In this document: positions 28,407 through 38,815 of the stretch, piece after piece | Layout of the letters: every line of letters begins with the position of its first letter | Position numbering within the stretch: position 1 is the first letter of the stretch | IMG/VR virus record: IMGVR_UViG_3300044568_004391 | Span: 32,001-96,000 of that record | Length of the DNA: 64,000 bases | Reading direction: 5' to 3' (one strand) | Source of the DNA: a virus | Translations under genes and position numbers: made by a program | Notes under the pieces: generated by a model | Seen by the model: only the letters and a program-made list of their open reading frames with translations | Database searches by the model: none | What the model was told of the DNA's origin: nothing

Positions 28407-29504
28407 ATGAATAATTTAGATAAACAATATCAAGTGCTCCTTCAAGACATTCTTGATAATGGAGTAGAGAAAAAAGATCGTACAGGAACAGGAACCATCT
28501 CAGTTTTTGGTAGACAGATCCGTCATAAGATGAGTGATGGATTTCCACTTCTCACAACCAAGAAGATGGCATTCAAAACTATGGTAACTGAGTTGTTATG
28601 GTTTTTGAGAGGTGATACTAATATCAAATATCTTGTTGACAATAATTGTCATATTTGGGATGGTGATGCTTACAAAAACTATACAAAGTCATTTCTTGGT
28701 TATGAAGATATACCATCTCAAGAATGGTTTATAAATGAAATCAAAAGCAACACAGAATTTGCTAAACGATTTGGTGAACTCGGGCCCGTGTATGGTAAGC
28801 AATGGAGAAGGTGGGAAATAAACGAACCTAAAAATATAGTAAAAACAGAAAATGTTACTTGGCCATATGAACCAAACCCACATACATATCAACAAAGAGT
28901 TGGTTCATTTAAGATAACACAGATAGACCAAATCGCAAACCTAATCAACGGTCTGAAAACAAATCCAGACTCAAGACGATTGATGGTTAATGCTTGGAAT
29001 GTAGGTGAGATTGACCAAATGGTTCTTCCACCTTGTCATTATGGATTTCAAGTTTATACAAGAGAGTTGAGTTTGAATGAGAAATGGGAACAATATACTA
29101 AATCAGGACTAAATATAGAAATAAATGGAACACCATTAGAATTAAAACATATGGGAACTCCATTCTATCCTAAATTATTACCACAACGAGCAATCTCTTT
29201 AATGTGGAATCAACGTAGCTGTGATATTTTTCTCGGAATTCCATTTAATATTGCTTCTTACGGATTATTACTTGAAATAATCGCTAAAGAAGTTAATATG
29301 ATACCTGATGAGTTGATTGGTAATTTAGGCGATGTTCACTTGTATTCTAACCACATTGAGCAAGCTAAAGAACAGATTGGTAGAGAACCATTTCAACTAC
29401 CTAAATTAACTTTAGAACACAGTAGTTTAGATCCTGTTGAGTTAGTTTACAAGTTGGAAGATTATCAATCACACCCAACCATCAAAGCACCTTTATCCAA
29501 TTAA
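28407..29504 (+). CDS. thyA: Thymidylate synthase
   Basis: DRTGTGT, FPLLTTKK, ELLWF, LPPCH, QRSCD.FLG.PFN, HLY.NH. Confidence 0.96.
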   Translation: MNNLDKQYQVLLQDILDNGVEKKDRTGTGTISVFGRQIRHKMSDGFPLLTTKKMAFKTMVTELLWFLRGDTNIKYLVDNNCHIWDGDAYKNYTKSFLGYEDIPSQEWFINEIKSNTEFAKRFGELGPVYGKQWRRWEINEPKNIVKTENVTWPYEPNPHTYQQRVGSFKITQIDQIANLINGLKTNPDSRRLMVNAWNVGEIDQMVLPPCHYGFQVYTRELSLNEKWEQYTKSGLNIEINGTPLELKHMGTPFYPKLLPQRAISLMWNQRSCDIFLGIPFNIASYGLLLEIIAKEVNMIPDELIGNLGDVHLYSNHIEQAKEQIGREPFQLPKLTLEHSSLDPVELVYKLEDYQSHPTIKAPLSN

Positions 29505-29506
29505 TT

Positions 29507-29947
29507 ATGATCTTAGTTTGGTTTTTTATTATCCTTTATGGGTTTGTTCTCTTGTTCAGGTTCATGGACTTTATTACCTCACCCATCTATATAATTCATG
29601 GGATGTTCAATAAGAGTAGGTTGGTCAGACAAGATGCATTTAAAGGTTCATTTAGACTGATGAAAGGTATTTTATGGATTTCAATTCCGATTCTTATCTT
29701 TTACTACGACTTCAACAGTAGTAACAAAGAAATGAACTGGTTTGAGTTTTTGTTGTTTATTATTGCTCTTGTGATTTTTTTATACCCCTCCCGTTTGGAG
29801 CCAATGATTTTTAGGTTCTTGAGTATGTTTTATAGTTATGAGGAGATGTTGAATGGGGTTAATAGTATGAAAATAGGAAGCGGTAGTGAGGACAAAAGTA
29901 TCATCAGAAAATATGAGATATTGGAAAAACTCAAACCAAAAGTTTGA
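29507..29947 (+). CDS. Membrane protein
   Basis: Three hydrophobic segments. Confidence 0.6.
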   Translation: MILVWFFIILYGFVLLFRFMDFITSPIYIIHGMFNKSRLVRQDAFKGSFRLMKGILWISIPILIFYYDFNSSNKEMNWFEFLLFIIALVIFLYPSRLEPMIFRFLSMFYSYEEMLNGVNSMKIGSGSEDKSIIRKYEILEKLKPKV

Positions 29948-29980
29948 GTTTTCATTTTTTTTACTTTATTATTAAGAACA

Positions 29981-30877
29981 ATGAATGAATATATTAATCA
30001 AATAGTTTGTGACAACAGCGTTCATTTTATGAGAAATATAATGAATGAGAATTCGATTGATCTTATTATTACCAGTCCACCATACGGCGTTGGTATTGAT
30101 TATGACAGTTGGGATGATGATGAGGAGTTTGAGGATTACAAAAACTTTTCAAGGGAATGGTTGACCGAGGCTTACAGGGTTTTAAAATCTGATGGTAGAA
30201 TTTGTTTGAATATCCCATATGAAATCAATAGACAGAAGAAGGGTGGAAGGATCTTTTTCGCCTCTGAGATTTGGCAGATTATGAAGGAGATCGGATTTGG
30301 TTTCTTTGGTATTGTGGATTTGGAGGAGAGTTCACCACATAGAAGTAAAACTACTGCGTGGGGATCTTGGATGAGTCCTTCAGCTCCTTATATCTATAAC
30401 CCAAAAGAGTGTGTCATCTTGGCATATAAGAACTTATCCAAGAAACAGGTTAAGGGTACACCTGAGTGGCAGGGTGAATATCAGAGGGTTCCAAGTGAAA
30501 AGATTGAGGGTGAGTTCAGAAATAAGTTGGTTTATGATGAGAAGGACAAGAAGGATTTTATGGAACTTGTATTTGGTCAATGGAATTATTTTGCCGATAC
30601 AAGATCTTTGACCAAGGCGACCTTCAGTTTGGATATTCCTTGGAAAGCAATTAAGATCTTGTCATATAAAGAAGATATTATCTTTGATCCATTTAATGGT
30701 AGTGGAACCACGTGTTTGGCGGCGGAGAAACTCGGAAGAAAATGGATTGGATGTGAAATCAGTGAAAACTATTGTGAGGTGGCAAGAAAAAGAATTAAAG
30801 AATATCAGGCAGAAAGAAGCGCTGCCAAAACCTTATTTTGTGATGAAATTAAAACTGGAAGATTTTTGGACATATGA
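29981..30877 (+). CDS. Beta-class DNA methyltransferase (probably N4-cytosine)
   Basis: TSPPY and DPFNGSGTT. Confidence 0.9.
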   Translation: MNEYINQIVCDNSVHFMRNIMNENSIDLIITSPPYGVGIDYDSWDDDEEFEDYKNFSREWLTEAYRVLKSDGRICLNIPYEINRQKKGGRIFFASEIWQIMKEIGFGFFGIVDLEESSPHRSKTTAWGSWMSPSAPYIYNPKECVILAYKNLSKKQVKGTPEWQGEYQRVPSEKIEGEFRNKLVYDEKDKKDFMELVFGQWNYFADTRSLTKATFSLDIPWKAIKILSYKEDIIFDPFNGSGTTCLAAEKLGRKWIGCEISENYCEVARKRIKEYQAERSAAKTLFCDEIKTGRFLDI

Positions 30878-32355
30878 TAAAGAGATATAATTATTACAAC
30901 GAAGATCTGTATCGGATCGCAATTGACGAAGGGGTAAAGACCACTTCACAAGGGATTCTTTATTTCCCCACCGGCAAGTTCACGGGACGATCTCCCAAAG
31001 ACAGATATTTCTGTGATGGAGAATATGTTGATAAGGTGATAGACAAATCAAGGGAAATCAACCAAATCATATCAAGGGAAACTTATTCTAAACTCAAGAA
31101 TTCTTTGGAAGAACATATCAAGAATTCACCTGTGGAATATAAAACTTCAAGGGTAGTTTGTTATCATAAGAAGTTTCATACTTTGGTTGACCTTCATACC
31201 ACCCATGCATGGGCGAACATATTCTTCAATAATATGACCATCAATGCGACGGGGATACAAGCGGAAGGTGGAGGATTTTTTACCAAGTGGAAGGTTCTTC
31301 ACGGACCGGAGTTTGTTCCCCAAGAAACATACGAAGATCTTAAAAACCCAAACTTTGTCATCATAGATTTTGAGGATAAAACCATCATTATCGGTGGAAC
31401 CAGTTATACCGGTGAGATAAAGAAAAGCATCTTTACCGTTTTAAATACTATCTTTATTGATCACGGAGTTCTTCCGATGCATTGTTCGGCAAATGCAAAC
31501 TCCAAAAATGGAAAAGGGGTTAATCTATTTTTTGGTTTATCGGGAACAGGGAAGACAACTTTATCTTCGGATCCAAATAAGTTTTTTATCGGAGACGATG
31601 AACACGGATGGTTTGAAGATCATATCTTCAACTTCGAGGGAGGATGTTACGCAAAACTTATTAACCTCAAGAAAGAAAACGAACCAATCATTTGGGACTC
31701 CATTCATTCTCCTGATAGATTCAATCATACCAACTGTTCTTTGATGGAGAATATCGTCGTGGACGATGAGAATAACCCCGACTTTTCGGATTCATCAATT
31801 ACGGAGAATATCAGAGCATCATATTCATTGGGACAACTTCCTGAAGAGTTTATGGTAGATGATTTAGGGCTTGGAAAGAATGTCAAAAATATCTTCTTCT
31901 TATCTTTTGATGCTTTTGGTGTCTTACCTCCGATTTCAAAACTTGATTTGGATGACGCAGCAAGATTCTTCAAGATGGGATATACTTCCAAAGTGGCGGG
32001 AACGGAGGTGGGTGTGACCGAACCAACGGTGGTCTTTTCTACTTGTTTCGGTTCACCTTTCTTACCAAGAAAAGTGGAAGATTATGTGGATTTATTCAAG
32101 GAGAAAGTCCGAAAGTCGGGGTGTAATGTATGGTTGGTGAATACAGGGTTTGATGAAAATCTCAAAAGATATCCGATTGATATAACACGAAAAGTTATTA
32201 ATGGTGTGATCGACGGGAAGTATTCAGAGAAAACATTTGATTATCACGGACTCAAAATTCCCAACAGGATATTGGATCTTGATTTGATCACTCTCAAACC
32301 TGATATTGAAGAAGAAAGGATTGAGAAATTATTTGAACTTTTGGATCAACATTGA
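30874..32355 (+). CDS. pckA: Phosphoenolpyruvate carboxykinase (ATP)
   Basis: TGRSPKD, YTGEIKK, MHCSAN, GLSGTGKTTLS, IGDDEHGW, NFEGGCYAK. Confidence 0.95.
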   Translation: MIKRYNYYNEDLYRIAIDEGVKTTSQGILYFPTGKFTGRSPKDRYFCDGEYVDKVIDKSREINQIISRETYSKLKNSLEEHIKNSPVEYKTSRVVCYHKKFHTLVDLHTTHAWANIFFNNMTINATGIQAEGGGFFTKWKVLHGPEFVPQETYEDLKNPNFVIIDFEDKTIIIGGTSYTGEIKKSIFTVLNTIFIDHGVLPMHCSANANSKNGKGVNLFFGLSGTGKTTLSSDPNKFFIGDDEHGWFEDHIFNFEGGCYAKLINLKKENEPIIWDSIHSPDRFNHTNCSLMENIVVDDENNPDFSDSSITENIRASYSLGQLPEEFMVDDLGLGKNVKNIFFLSFDAFGVLPPISKLDLDDAARFFKMGYTSKVAGTEVGVTEPTVVFSTCFGSPFLPRKVEDYVDLFKEKVRKSGCNVWLVNTGFDENLKRYPIDITRKVINGVIDGKYSEKTFDYHGLKIPNRILDLDLITLKPDIEEERIEKLFELLDQH

Positions 32356-32379
32356 CCCCTCTTTATGAGGGGTTTTTTT
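32355..32379 (+). terminator. CCCCTC/GAGGGG-family terminator
   Basis: ACCCCTC-TTTAT-GAGGGGT then T run. Confidence 0.75.
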
Positions 32380-32414
32380 ATGTTTTGATGTATTTATATT
32401 AAAACTATTTTATT

Positions 32415-32777
32415 ATGGGAAGAATTACAACAGACGAAAATGAAAAACAAAGGATTTTGAATCTTCATTTGGAAGCAACCAAAAGACATTATTTGAAAGA
32501 AGATGATGGAAAATTACCACAATCAACGTTGTCAAATGCAACTATAGAAGAAGGTGATGAGGTTTATATTATTGATGGTAAATACACAATCGATGCTGCG
32601 GATGATGGAGTGAGTGTTGCTGGTACATCTGATTTGAGAGGTAAACAATTTACCAAAAATGACATCATTAAAATACCGGTGGGTAAAAGATTGTATTTTG
32701 GAAATCCAAAAAGAGTAGGTCTCGTTGCCTTGGGAGAAAAAGATGGTTCAATATATGTTCACAAACCAAAAGATTGA
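32415..32777 (+). CDS. Leader-bearing hypothetical protein
   Basis: ITTDENEKQRILNLH...YLKE leader; TATTTAT at 32391. Confidence 0.65.
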   Translation: MGRITTDENEKQRILNLHLEATKRHYLKEDDGKLPQSTLSNATIEEGDEVYIIDGKYTIDAADDGVSVAGTSDLRGKQFTKNDIIKIPVGKRLYFGNPKRVGLVALGEKDGSIYVHKPKD

Positions 32778-32779
32778 AC

Positions 32780-33460
32780 ATGAAATTTCAAATTACGGAG
32801 TCCGAGAAAAAGAGGATCAAAGATCTTTATCAAATCAATGAACAAGGTTGGATGACTCATTTTTTTGATTTACTCGACGATGGGTCAACTTCATTAGATT
32901 CTGATGGGAAAGGATCATCATCCGATTCTGATGACAAAGGATCGTCATCCGATTCTGATGGGAAGAAATATTCTTCCACAAACTATGATTCCGGGAATAT
33001 AATTGAACATATAAAAAAATGGGAGGGTTTTGTTGGATTTACTTATGACGACGCCGTATATCCATCAAAACCTGTTAAAGTAGGTGAGCGTTGTAAAGGT
33101 AGGTGTACTATAGGTTATGGTATTACGGATAAAAAAAAGGCAAAACCAGGTGCGACAGTCACTAAAGAACAAGCGGAACAATGGTTGAAAGATGTTGTCA
33201 ATCAAACATGCATACCTTGTATAGAAAGATGGCAGAAAAGAAATAAAATTGAAATATCAAAACCAATATTTGACGCTTTGATCGATGTTGTTTATAACAA
33301 AGGGTGTGATGGATTTACAACTTCACGAATTGCTAAAAAACTTAAAAATAAGGATATTGAAGGAGCGGGTGAGGAACTAAAAAATTGGCAAGGTTGGGGT
33401 GGAAATCAAAAAAGAAGAGACGCGGTATATAAAAACTTCTACACAAAAGGAATTAAATGA
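32780..33460 (+). CDS. Lysozyme (GH24-like) with N-terminal leader
   Basis: IKKWEG...YDD...TIGYG, FDALID..YN.G, RR; leader ITESEKKRIKDLYQINE. Confidence 0.8.
   Translation: MKFQITESEKKRIKDLYQINEQGWMTHFFDLLDDGSTSLDSDGKGSSSDSDDKGSSSDSDGKKYSSTNYDSGNIIEHIKKWEGFVGFTYDDAVYPSKPVKVGERCKGRCTIGYGITDKKKAKPGATVTKEQAEQWLKDVVNQTCIPCIERWQKRNKIEISKPIFDALIDVVYNKGCDGFTTSRIAKKLKNKDIEGAGEELKNWQGWGGNQKRRDAVYKNFYTKGIK
32897..32964 (+). repeat. 27-bp tandem repeat (DSDGKGSSS linker, about 2.5 copies)
   Basis: GATTCTGATG at 32897, 32924 and 32951. Confidence 0.8.
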
Positions 33461-34863
33461 AAAAAGTAATTAACGAAGGTGGGATTAGAGACATAAACGC
33501 ATTATCCAAAAGATATCCGAAAGCAAAGATATATTTTCACCAAGATTTGGATGGTGTAACTTCTGCGTTGGGTATGAAGGAATATTTGGAATCAAATGGT
33601 ATAAAGGTCGTTGATGCTGAAATCATTCAATATGGTGATAAAGAGTTCTCGATCAAGAAGTTGGAAGCTGAAGGTGATATTATGCCAGTTTTAGTTGATT
33701 TTGCTCACGGAAAACCGATGTTCAAAATTCATACAGACCACCACGACAGACAAGCCGGAGCAGAGGACACCAAATCCAAATCATTCAGATCTGCAAGATC
33801 AAATATTGAAACAATATCACAAGTTCTGTCACCGAAAGATATATTTCCATCTGACGACATAAAGTTAATCTCCACCGTTGATTCTGCCAACTTCAAACCC
33901 TACGGAATTAAACCCCGTGACGTTATGAATTATATCCTTAAATTAGATAAGGAGGGAACTTTGGAGAAGAACAAGATGGCTCTTGGGTTGTTAACCAACA
34001 AACTTCTTTTGGCATATAAAAACAAACCAAACTTTATGGAGGAATTGGTTATGACTTCTTCACCTTCTTTGATGAATATCTATCAGAACATCAAAAAAAT
34101 TGCAAAGGAAAGAAGGTTTGCTTCACCCGAAGAAATGGCTCAAAACCAAGAAACATATATCAAATCTCAAAAAGAATCACCCAATGTCGTTTTTGAAGAT
34201 GGAATCATAAAACAATATGGTGGTGGTTCATTATTCAAACCAGGTTCTTATGACAGATATACACCATTCGAAAACTATCCCGACGCAAATTTCTTAATTA
34301 TTGCTTGGCCTTTGGGATTGGTTCAGGCAAGTTGTAATCCATTTAAAGAAGACAGAGCTCTCAAAGGTATTGACTTGGGTGAAATTAAAGATGAGATCCT
34401 CGAAGAAAACAAGGGTTGGATGAAAAAGGAAATGGTTCCTCTCTCAACTCTAAAATGGATCTCTGAAACATCTGTTGGTCCTGAAAGTGTTGGTTTTACA
34501 TCTTCCGACTTGAAAGCGTTTTATATGGACAAAGTTCAAGCGGGGAACGAAGAATATCTTTCAAGATTGGATCAAATTATGGATAAAAAGTTCTCTGAAC
34601 TAAATGAAGATGAACTTACAATATTAGATAGTTTTGCAATTCCATTTTATGACTTGGTGGTGGAAAACTCTGGAGGTCACAAATGTATAACTAATCTCTC
34701 AGGTCTTAATTATTTGAGAAGATCCAAGAGACCACCACAAGGTGATTATAAAAGAGAACCAGGAACGGAAGCCAAGTTCGTTCAAGGGGTGAAATTCTTC
34801 CAAGATCAGTTCTTTGAAAAACTGAAGGGTAGAATTCAAGGGGTTGAGACGGAATCGGAATAA
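33457..34863 (+). CDS. DHH-family phosphoesterase-like protein
   Basis: HQDLDG, VDF, TDHH and SGGH motifs. Confidence 0.65.
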   Translation: MKKVINEGGIRDINALSKRYPKAKIYFHQDLDGVTSALGMKEYLESNGIKVVDAEIIQYGDKEFSIKKLEAEGDIMPVLVDFAHGKPMFKIHTDHHDRQAGAEDTKSKSFRSARSNIETISQVLSPKDIFPSDDIKLISTVDSANFKPYGIKPRDVMNYILKLDKEGTLEKNKMALGLLTNKLLLAYKNKPNFMEELVMTSSPSLMNIYQNIKKIAKERRFASPEEMAQNQETYIKSQKESPNVVFEDGIIKQYGGGSLFKPGSYDRYTPFENYPDANFLIIAWPLGLVQASCNPFKEDRALKGIDLGEIKDEILEENKGWMKKEMVPLSTLKWISETSVGPESVGFTSSDLKAFYMDKVQAGNEEYLSRLDQIMDKKFSELNEDELTILDSFAIPFYDLVVENSGGHKCITNLSGLNYLRRSKRPPQGDYKREPGTEAKFVQGVKFFQDQFFEKLKGRIQGVETESE

Positions 34864-35204
34864 ATGACAAAGGGATCGCCTTCTTTGATATTGTGATCCT
34901 GACAATAACCACCGGGTAATTCCAAGACGATATTTCCAACTCCTGTGTATGACTCACATTGATCAGAATTACAGGGGGGACAATCGTGATGTATTTTATT
35001 TACAACATTATTTTTGATGAAAATTATATCCAATGGAATGATACAATTTTTCATCCAAAAACTATGAGATTTTCCATTCATCAAGAACACCATTGAATCA
35101 AAACCTTCAAATGTTTTATCCATCATGCCGTTCTCAATTTGATATGGTGTTGCACAAATCTTTGACTTTAGTATATTATTTTTTATTTTGGTTTTTACAA
35201 TCAT
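34836..35204 (-). CDS. DUF192 family protein
   Basis: FWMKN..IPLDIIF...VLELPGG. Confidence 0.85.
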   Translation of the reverse strand: MIVKTKIKNNILKSKICATPYQIENGMMDKTFEGFDSMVFLMNGKSHSFWMKNCIIPLDIIFIKNNVVNKIHHDCPPCNSDQCESYTGVGNIVLELPGGYCQDHNIKEGDPFVIYSDSVSTP

Positions 35205-35210
35205 AACTTT

Positions 35211-35756
35211 TTAATTACGTCTAAAAATAAACCTACCAACATTTATCATACTTCTAATTTCTTCATTTGTATATTTTTCTGATAGGTATTTGTTCAAATG
35301 CAAACTACCATCAACAGATTTGAGATTTTCAAGGGTTTTAATTTTTGTTTCTCTCACATCCAAACTACTACCAACAGATTGAAGTTTTGGAAGGGATTTG
35401 ATTTGTGTTCCTCTCAAACTTAAATAACCAACAACCGATTGAAGATTATCAAGGGATTCGATTGGCGTTCCTTTCAATTCTAAATAACCACCAACCGATT
35501 GAAGATTTCCAAGAAATTTAATTTTTGTCCTTTCCAAATCTAAAAAACCCGTAATCGAAACAAGTCCTTCAAGCCAAGTTAAATCACCATCATAGCCACC
35601 CAAATTTAATTTATCATCCAACGACCATCTTTTGATGTTCTTTTTTTGGATGAAGTTTTTTAGACCTTCAATTCCATCAGGGAAAAAAGAAAGACTTGGT
35701 ATTGCCAATACCTCTTCGGTTTCCTCTTTTAATATTTGTTTAATAAGTGATCTCAT
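35211..35756 (-). CDS. Variable LRR protein (4 repeats)
   Basis: LIKQILKEETEE leader; 20-aa NLQSVGGYL.L.GT.I.SL repeats; paralog of 48287-50264. Confidence 0.8.
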   Translation of the reverse strand: MRSLIKQILKEETEEVLAIPSLSFFPDGIEGLKNFIQKKNIKRWSLDDKLNLGGYDGDLTWLEGLVSITGFLDLERTKIKFLGNLQSVGGYLELKGTPIESLDNLQSVVGYLSLRGTQIKSLPKLQSVGSSLDVRETKIKTLENLKSVDGSLHLNKYLSEKYTNEEIRSMINVGRFIFRRN

Positions 35757-35825
35757 TTCCAATAAATACCCAACTCTTGATTAATTGAATTTATATTGTT
35801 AGGTTTAAGGACAGAACTTTTAATT

Positions 35826-36227
35826 ATGAGAAGATCGTCAGGAATTTTACATAAATATAAGGATAAAGTTCTCCTTTGTAAAAGGAGTGAAGAATCAGAA
35901 ACACTTGGTAAGTTTTGGTCAATACCTGGTGGTGGTTGGAAGAAAAACGAATCTTCACAAGCTGCGGCTTTGAGAGAATTCTATGAAGAAACGAATATAA
36001 ATATATCGGACCCACTCATTTATGTTGGAACATCGGTTCACAAAAATGAGGATGGATCGGGAAGTAAGTTGGATGTTTTTATGGTTGAAGCCTCAGAAAT
36101 GATTTCACCTGAGTTAGAAAATGCAAAAGATGGATTTGAGCATTCTGAATGTGGTTATTTTGAAATTGATAAATTACCCTCTCCTATGCCAAGAGATCTT
36201 ATTAACATTATAAAAAAAATTAATTAA
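35826..36227 (+). CDS. Nudix hydrolase
   Basis: PGGGWKKNESSQAAALREFYEET Nudix box. Confidence 0.88.
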   Translation: MRRSSGILHKYKDKVLLCKRSEESETLGKFWSIPGGGWKKNESSQAAALREFYEETNINISDPLIYVGTSVHKNEDGSGSKLDVFMVEASEMISPELENAKDGFEHSECGYFEIDKLPSPMPRDLINIIKKIN

Positions 36228-36237
36228 TCTAAAAAAA

Positions 36238-36669
36238 ATGGCAGTTAAAAAAGGAGACAAAATCCAAGTTCATTATAAGGGAACTTTGGTTGAAACAGGA
36301 ATGGAGTTTGACAACTCATACGAAAGGGGTGAGACCTTGAATTTTGAGGTTGGTCTTGGACAGATGATCAAAGGTTTTGAAGATGCGGTTTATGATATGG
36401 AAATCGGACAAATCAAAGAGATTCAAATTCCAGCTTCAGAAGCATATGGTGATCATATGGAAGCGGCAATTCAAAATGTTCCACGATCCAACTTCCCACC
36501 CGACTTTGAGGTAAATATCGGATCTATGGTTCAGGGTCAGAATCAGATGGGTCATCCCATCCAAGCTCTTGTTGTTGAAGAAAACGAAGAAGGGATTGTG
36601 TTGGATTTCAATCATCCTTTGGCGGGAAAAGATTTGAATTTCTCTATTGAACTTGTTGGAATTGAATGA
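36238..36669 (+). CDS. FKBP-type peptidyl-prolyl isomerase (SlyD/FkpB-like)
   Basis: VHYKG, FDNS, IKGFE, AYG and DFNHPLAGK. Confidence 0.92.
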   Translation: MAVKKGDKIQVHYKGTLVETGMEFDNSYERGETLNFEVGLGQMIKGFEDAVYDMEIGQIKEIQIPASEAYGDHMEAAIQNVPRSNFPPDFEVNIGSMVQGQNQMGHPIQALVVEENEEGIVLDFNHPLAGKDLNFSIELVGIE

Positions 36670-36696
36670 AAATAATAAACTATTAAAATCAAAACT

Positions 36697-36900
36697 ATGG
36701 AAATTAAAAGAAGATTGGTTGAAGCCTTGAGAAGCAAATATCGGGCGGATATGGAACTCGCATCTGCCGCACTTCAGGTATATCTTGAACGACCGGCAGG
36801 AATTGGTGAGCACCCACAAATTTTGGATGAGATGGATAAACTTGTTGAATCTTATGCCAACGCAAAGGATAAACTCGATTCGTTGTTATTCATTAATTGA
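36697..36900 (+). CDS. Hypothetical phage protein
   Basis: GIGEHP motif. Confidence 0.7.
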   Translation: MEIKRRLVEALRSKYRADMELASAALQVYLERPAGIGEHPQILDEMDKLVESYANAKDKLDSLLFIN

Positions 36901-36906
36901 TTTCCC

Positions 36907-37215
36907 ATGAAGACGATAAGTAAAGAAACTCTCAATAAAGTATGGATCATCACCAAGAGAATCATCAACTATATCTTTCTTTTGATCGTTCTCGGAACAG
37001 GATTTTACATCGGAAAAACCTATGTGGAATATATCCCTGAAGAGAAAAACAACCAACCCGTCACTTTGGATAATGTATCCATCGCCGTTGACGAGAAGAA
37101 CCATATATTTATAATAGATAAACATACAGGAGAATACCAAGTATTTTCCGACTCCGTTGGTATCACAATCTTCAAGATGTATGCCGGTAAAATCTATAAC
37201 TCACAACCGAAGTAA
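36907..37215 (+). CDS. Single-pass membrane protein
   Basis: TM segment; coupled to the SLT gene. Confidence 0.65.
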   Translation: MKTISKETLNKVWIITKRIINYIFLLIVLGTGFYIGKTYVEYIPEEKNNQPVTLDNVSIAVDEKNHIFIIDKHTGEYQVFSDSVGITIFKMYAGKIYNSQPK

Positions 37216-37736
37216 TGTATAAAGTAAAATTCGTCACCGTCACCATCATATTTTTTATCGCTTATGTGATATACCAAAATCAATCACAACAAGAAGATAT
37301 AACCCCAACCTATGTGGAGACGGGAACGGTTTTACCTACCAATGAACCCCCCTGTATTCAGATGTATTATTATATAGAACAATATTCCAAACAATACAAT
37401 ATACCAAGAAAATATGCATATGGAATTGCTTACAAAGAAACTGGATACAGGGGACCCTTTCATTGGAAATACAATCACAAACAAGTGAGTTTCGCAGGTG
37501 CGATGGGTCCGATGCAGATCATGCCCTCCACTGCAAAAAGTGTAAACGGATATTATGTATCCAACGAAAAACTTACCTCCGATATTAAATTCAATGTCGA
37601 AACTTCGATGAAGTTGTTACAAAAGTTGAAAAACAAATATGGGAGTTGGGAAGTTGCATTTGGTGTTTATAACACCGGCCGTCCGATGGTAAATCAGTAT
37701 GCTATGGACGTTTATCGGTTTGAACCGAATTGGTAA
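37215..37736 (+). CDS. Lytic transglycosylase (SLT domain) with N-terminal TM/signal
   Basis: AYKET, AGAMGPMQIMPSTA, YNTG. Confidence 0.87.
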   Translation: MYKVKFVTVTIIFFIAYVIYQNQSQQEDITPTYVETGTVLPTNEPPCIQMYYYIEQYSKQYNIPRKYAYGIAYKETGYRGPFHWKYNHKQVSFAGAMGPMQIMPSTAKSVNGYYVSNEKLTSDIKFNVETSMKLLQKLKNKYGSWEVAFGVYNTGRPMVNQYAMDVYRFEPNW

Positions 37737-37769
37737 TTTAATCAGAAACAATAATTTTTTTAAAAACAT

Positions 37770-38813
37770 ATGAAAGTAAAATTGGAATACATTTGGTTGG
37801 ATGGTTATGAACCAGAACCAAACCTAAGAAGTAAAGTCAAAGTTGTTGATGCAAAGAGACAGCAAGGAGTTGATCGAGATGTTTTTGGTATTGAACTTAA
37901 AGATTGTCCTGAATGGTCTTTTGATGGATCTTCCACCAATCAAGCGGAAGGTCACTTCTCTGATTGTGTCCTTAAACCTGTTTCCCTTTATCCTAATCCA
38001 CTAAACAAAGGAGTTATACCATCCTACTTTGTGATGTGTGAAGTTTATCTTCCTGATGGAACCCCTCATCCTTCAAATACGAGATCATCTATTGAAACAG
38101 AGGATGAAGATCTTTGGTTCGGTTTTGAACAAGAATATACTCTTGTAAAGGACGGAAGACCTTTGGGTTTCCCAAACAATGGTTATCCCGCTCCACAAGG
38201 AAAATACTACTGTGGTGTAGGTAATGGACAGGTCAACGGAAGAACTTTTGTTGATGAGCATTTGGAGATGTGTGTATACGCAGGGATTGATATTACAGGA
38301 ACCAACGCTGAGGTGATGCTCGGACAATGGGAATATCAGGTCTTCAGTAAGGGGAAGAAAAAAGCAGGTGATGATCTTTGGATCACACGATATATTTTGG
38401 AACAGATGTCCGAGAACTACGGATTTAAAATTGAATTCCACCCCAAACCTGTTCAAGGTGATTGGAATGGATCGGGACTTCACTGTAACTTCTCAAACAA
38501 GAGGATGAGAGAAAATGGTAGTAAGGAATATTTTGAGGGAATCTTCAAACAATTTGAGGATAGACACTGGTTACATATTGAAAACTATGGATCAGACAAC
38601 AACCTTCGTTTGACAGGAAAACACGAAACACAACATATCTCCAAATTCAGTTGGGGTGTATCAAATCGTGGAGCGTCAATCAGAGTTCCATTGAATACTA
38701 CACATAATAATTGGGCGAGTGGGTATTTGGAAGATCGTAGACCTGCTTCTCACGCTGATCCATATAAGATTGTGAAAGTAATTTCAGATTCTTTGGATTT
38801 AGTTGAAGTTTGA
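37770..38813 (+). CDS. glnA: Glutamine synthetase, type II
   Basis: EYIWLDG, WSFDGSST, FGFEQEY, NAEVMLGQWEYQ, DWNGSGLH, RLTGKHET, NRGASIRVP, YLEDRRP. Confidence 0.94.
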   Translation: MKVKLEYIWLDGYEPEPNLRSKVKVVDAKRQQGVDRDVFGIELKDCPEWSFDGSSTNQAEGHFSDCVLKPVSLYPNPLNKGVIPSYFVMCEVYLPDGTPHPSNTRSSIETEDEDLWFGFEQEYTLVKDGRPLGFPNNGYPAPQGKYYCGVGNGQVNGRTFVDEHLEMCVYAGIDITGTNAEVMLGQWEYQVFSKGKKKAGDDLWITRYILEQMSENYGFKIEFHPKPVQGDWNGSGLHCNFSNKRMRENGSKEYFEGIFKQFEDRHWLHIENYGSDNNLRLTGKHETQHISKFSWGVSNRGASIRVPLNTTHNNWASGYLEDRRPASHADPYKIVKVISDSLDLVEV

Positions 38814-38815
38814 GC

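Noticed and set aside
28407-29504. Intron or intein in thyA
   Set aside because: The frame is continuous and the extra segments are short loop insertions without intein or group I motifs.
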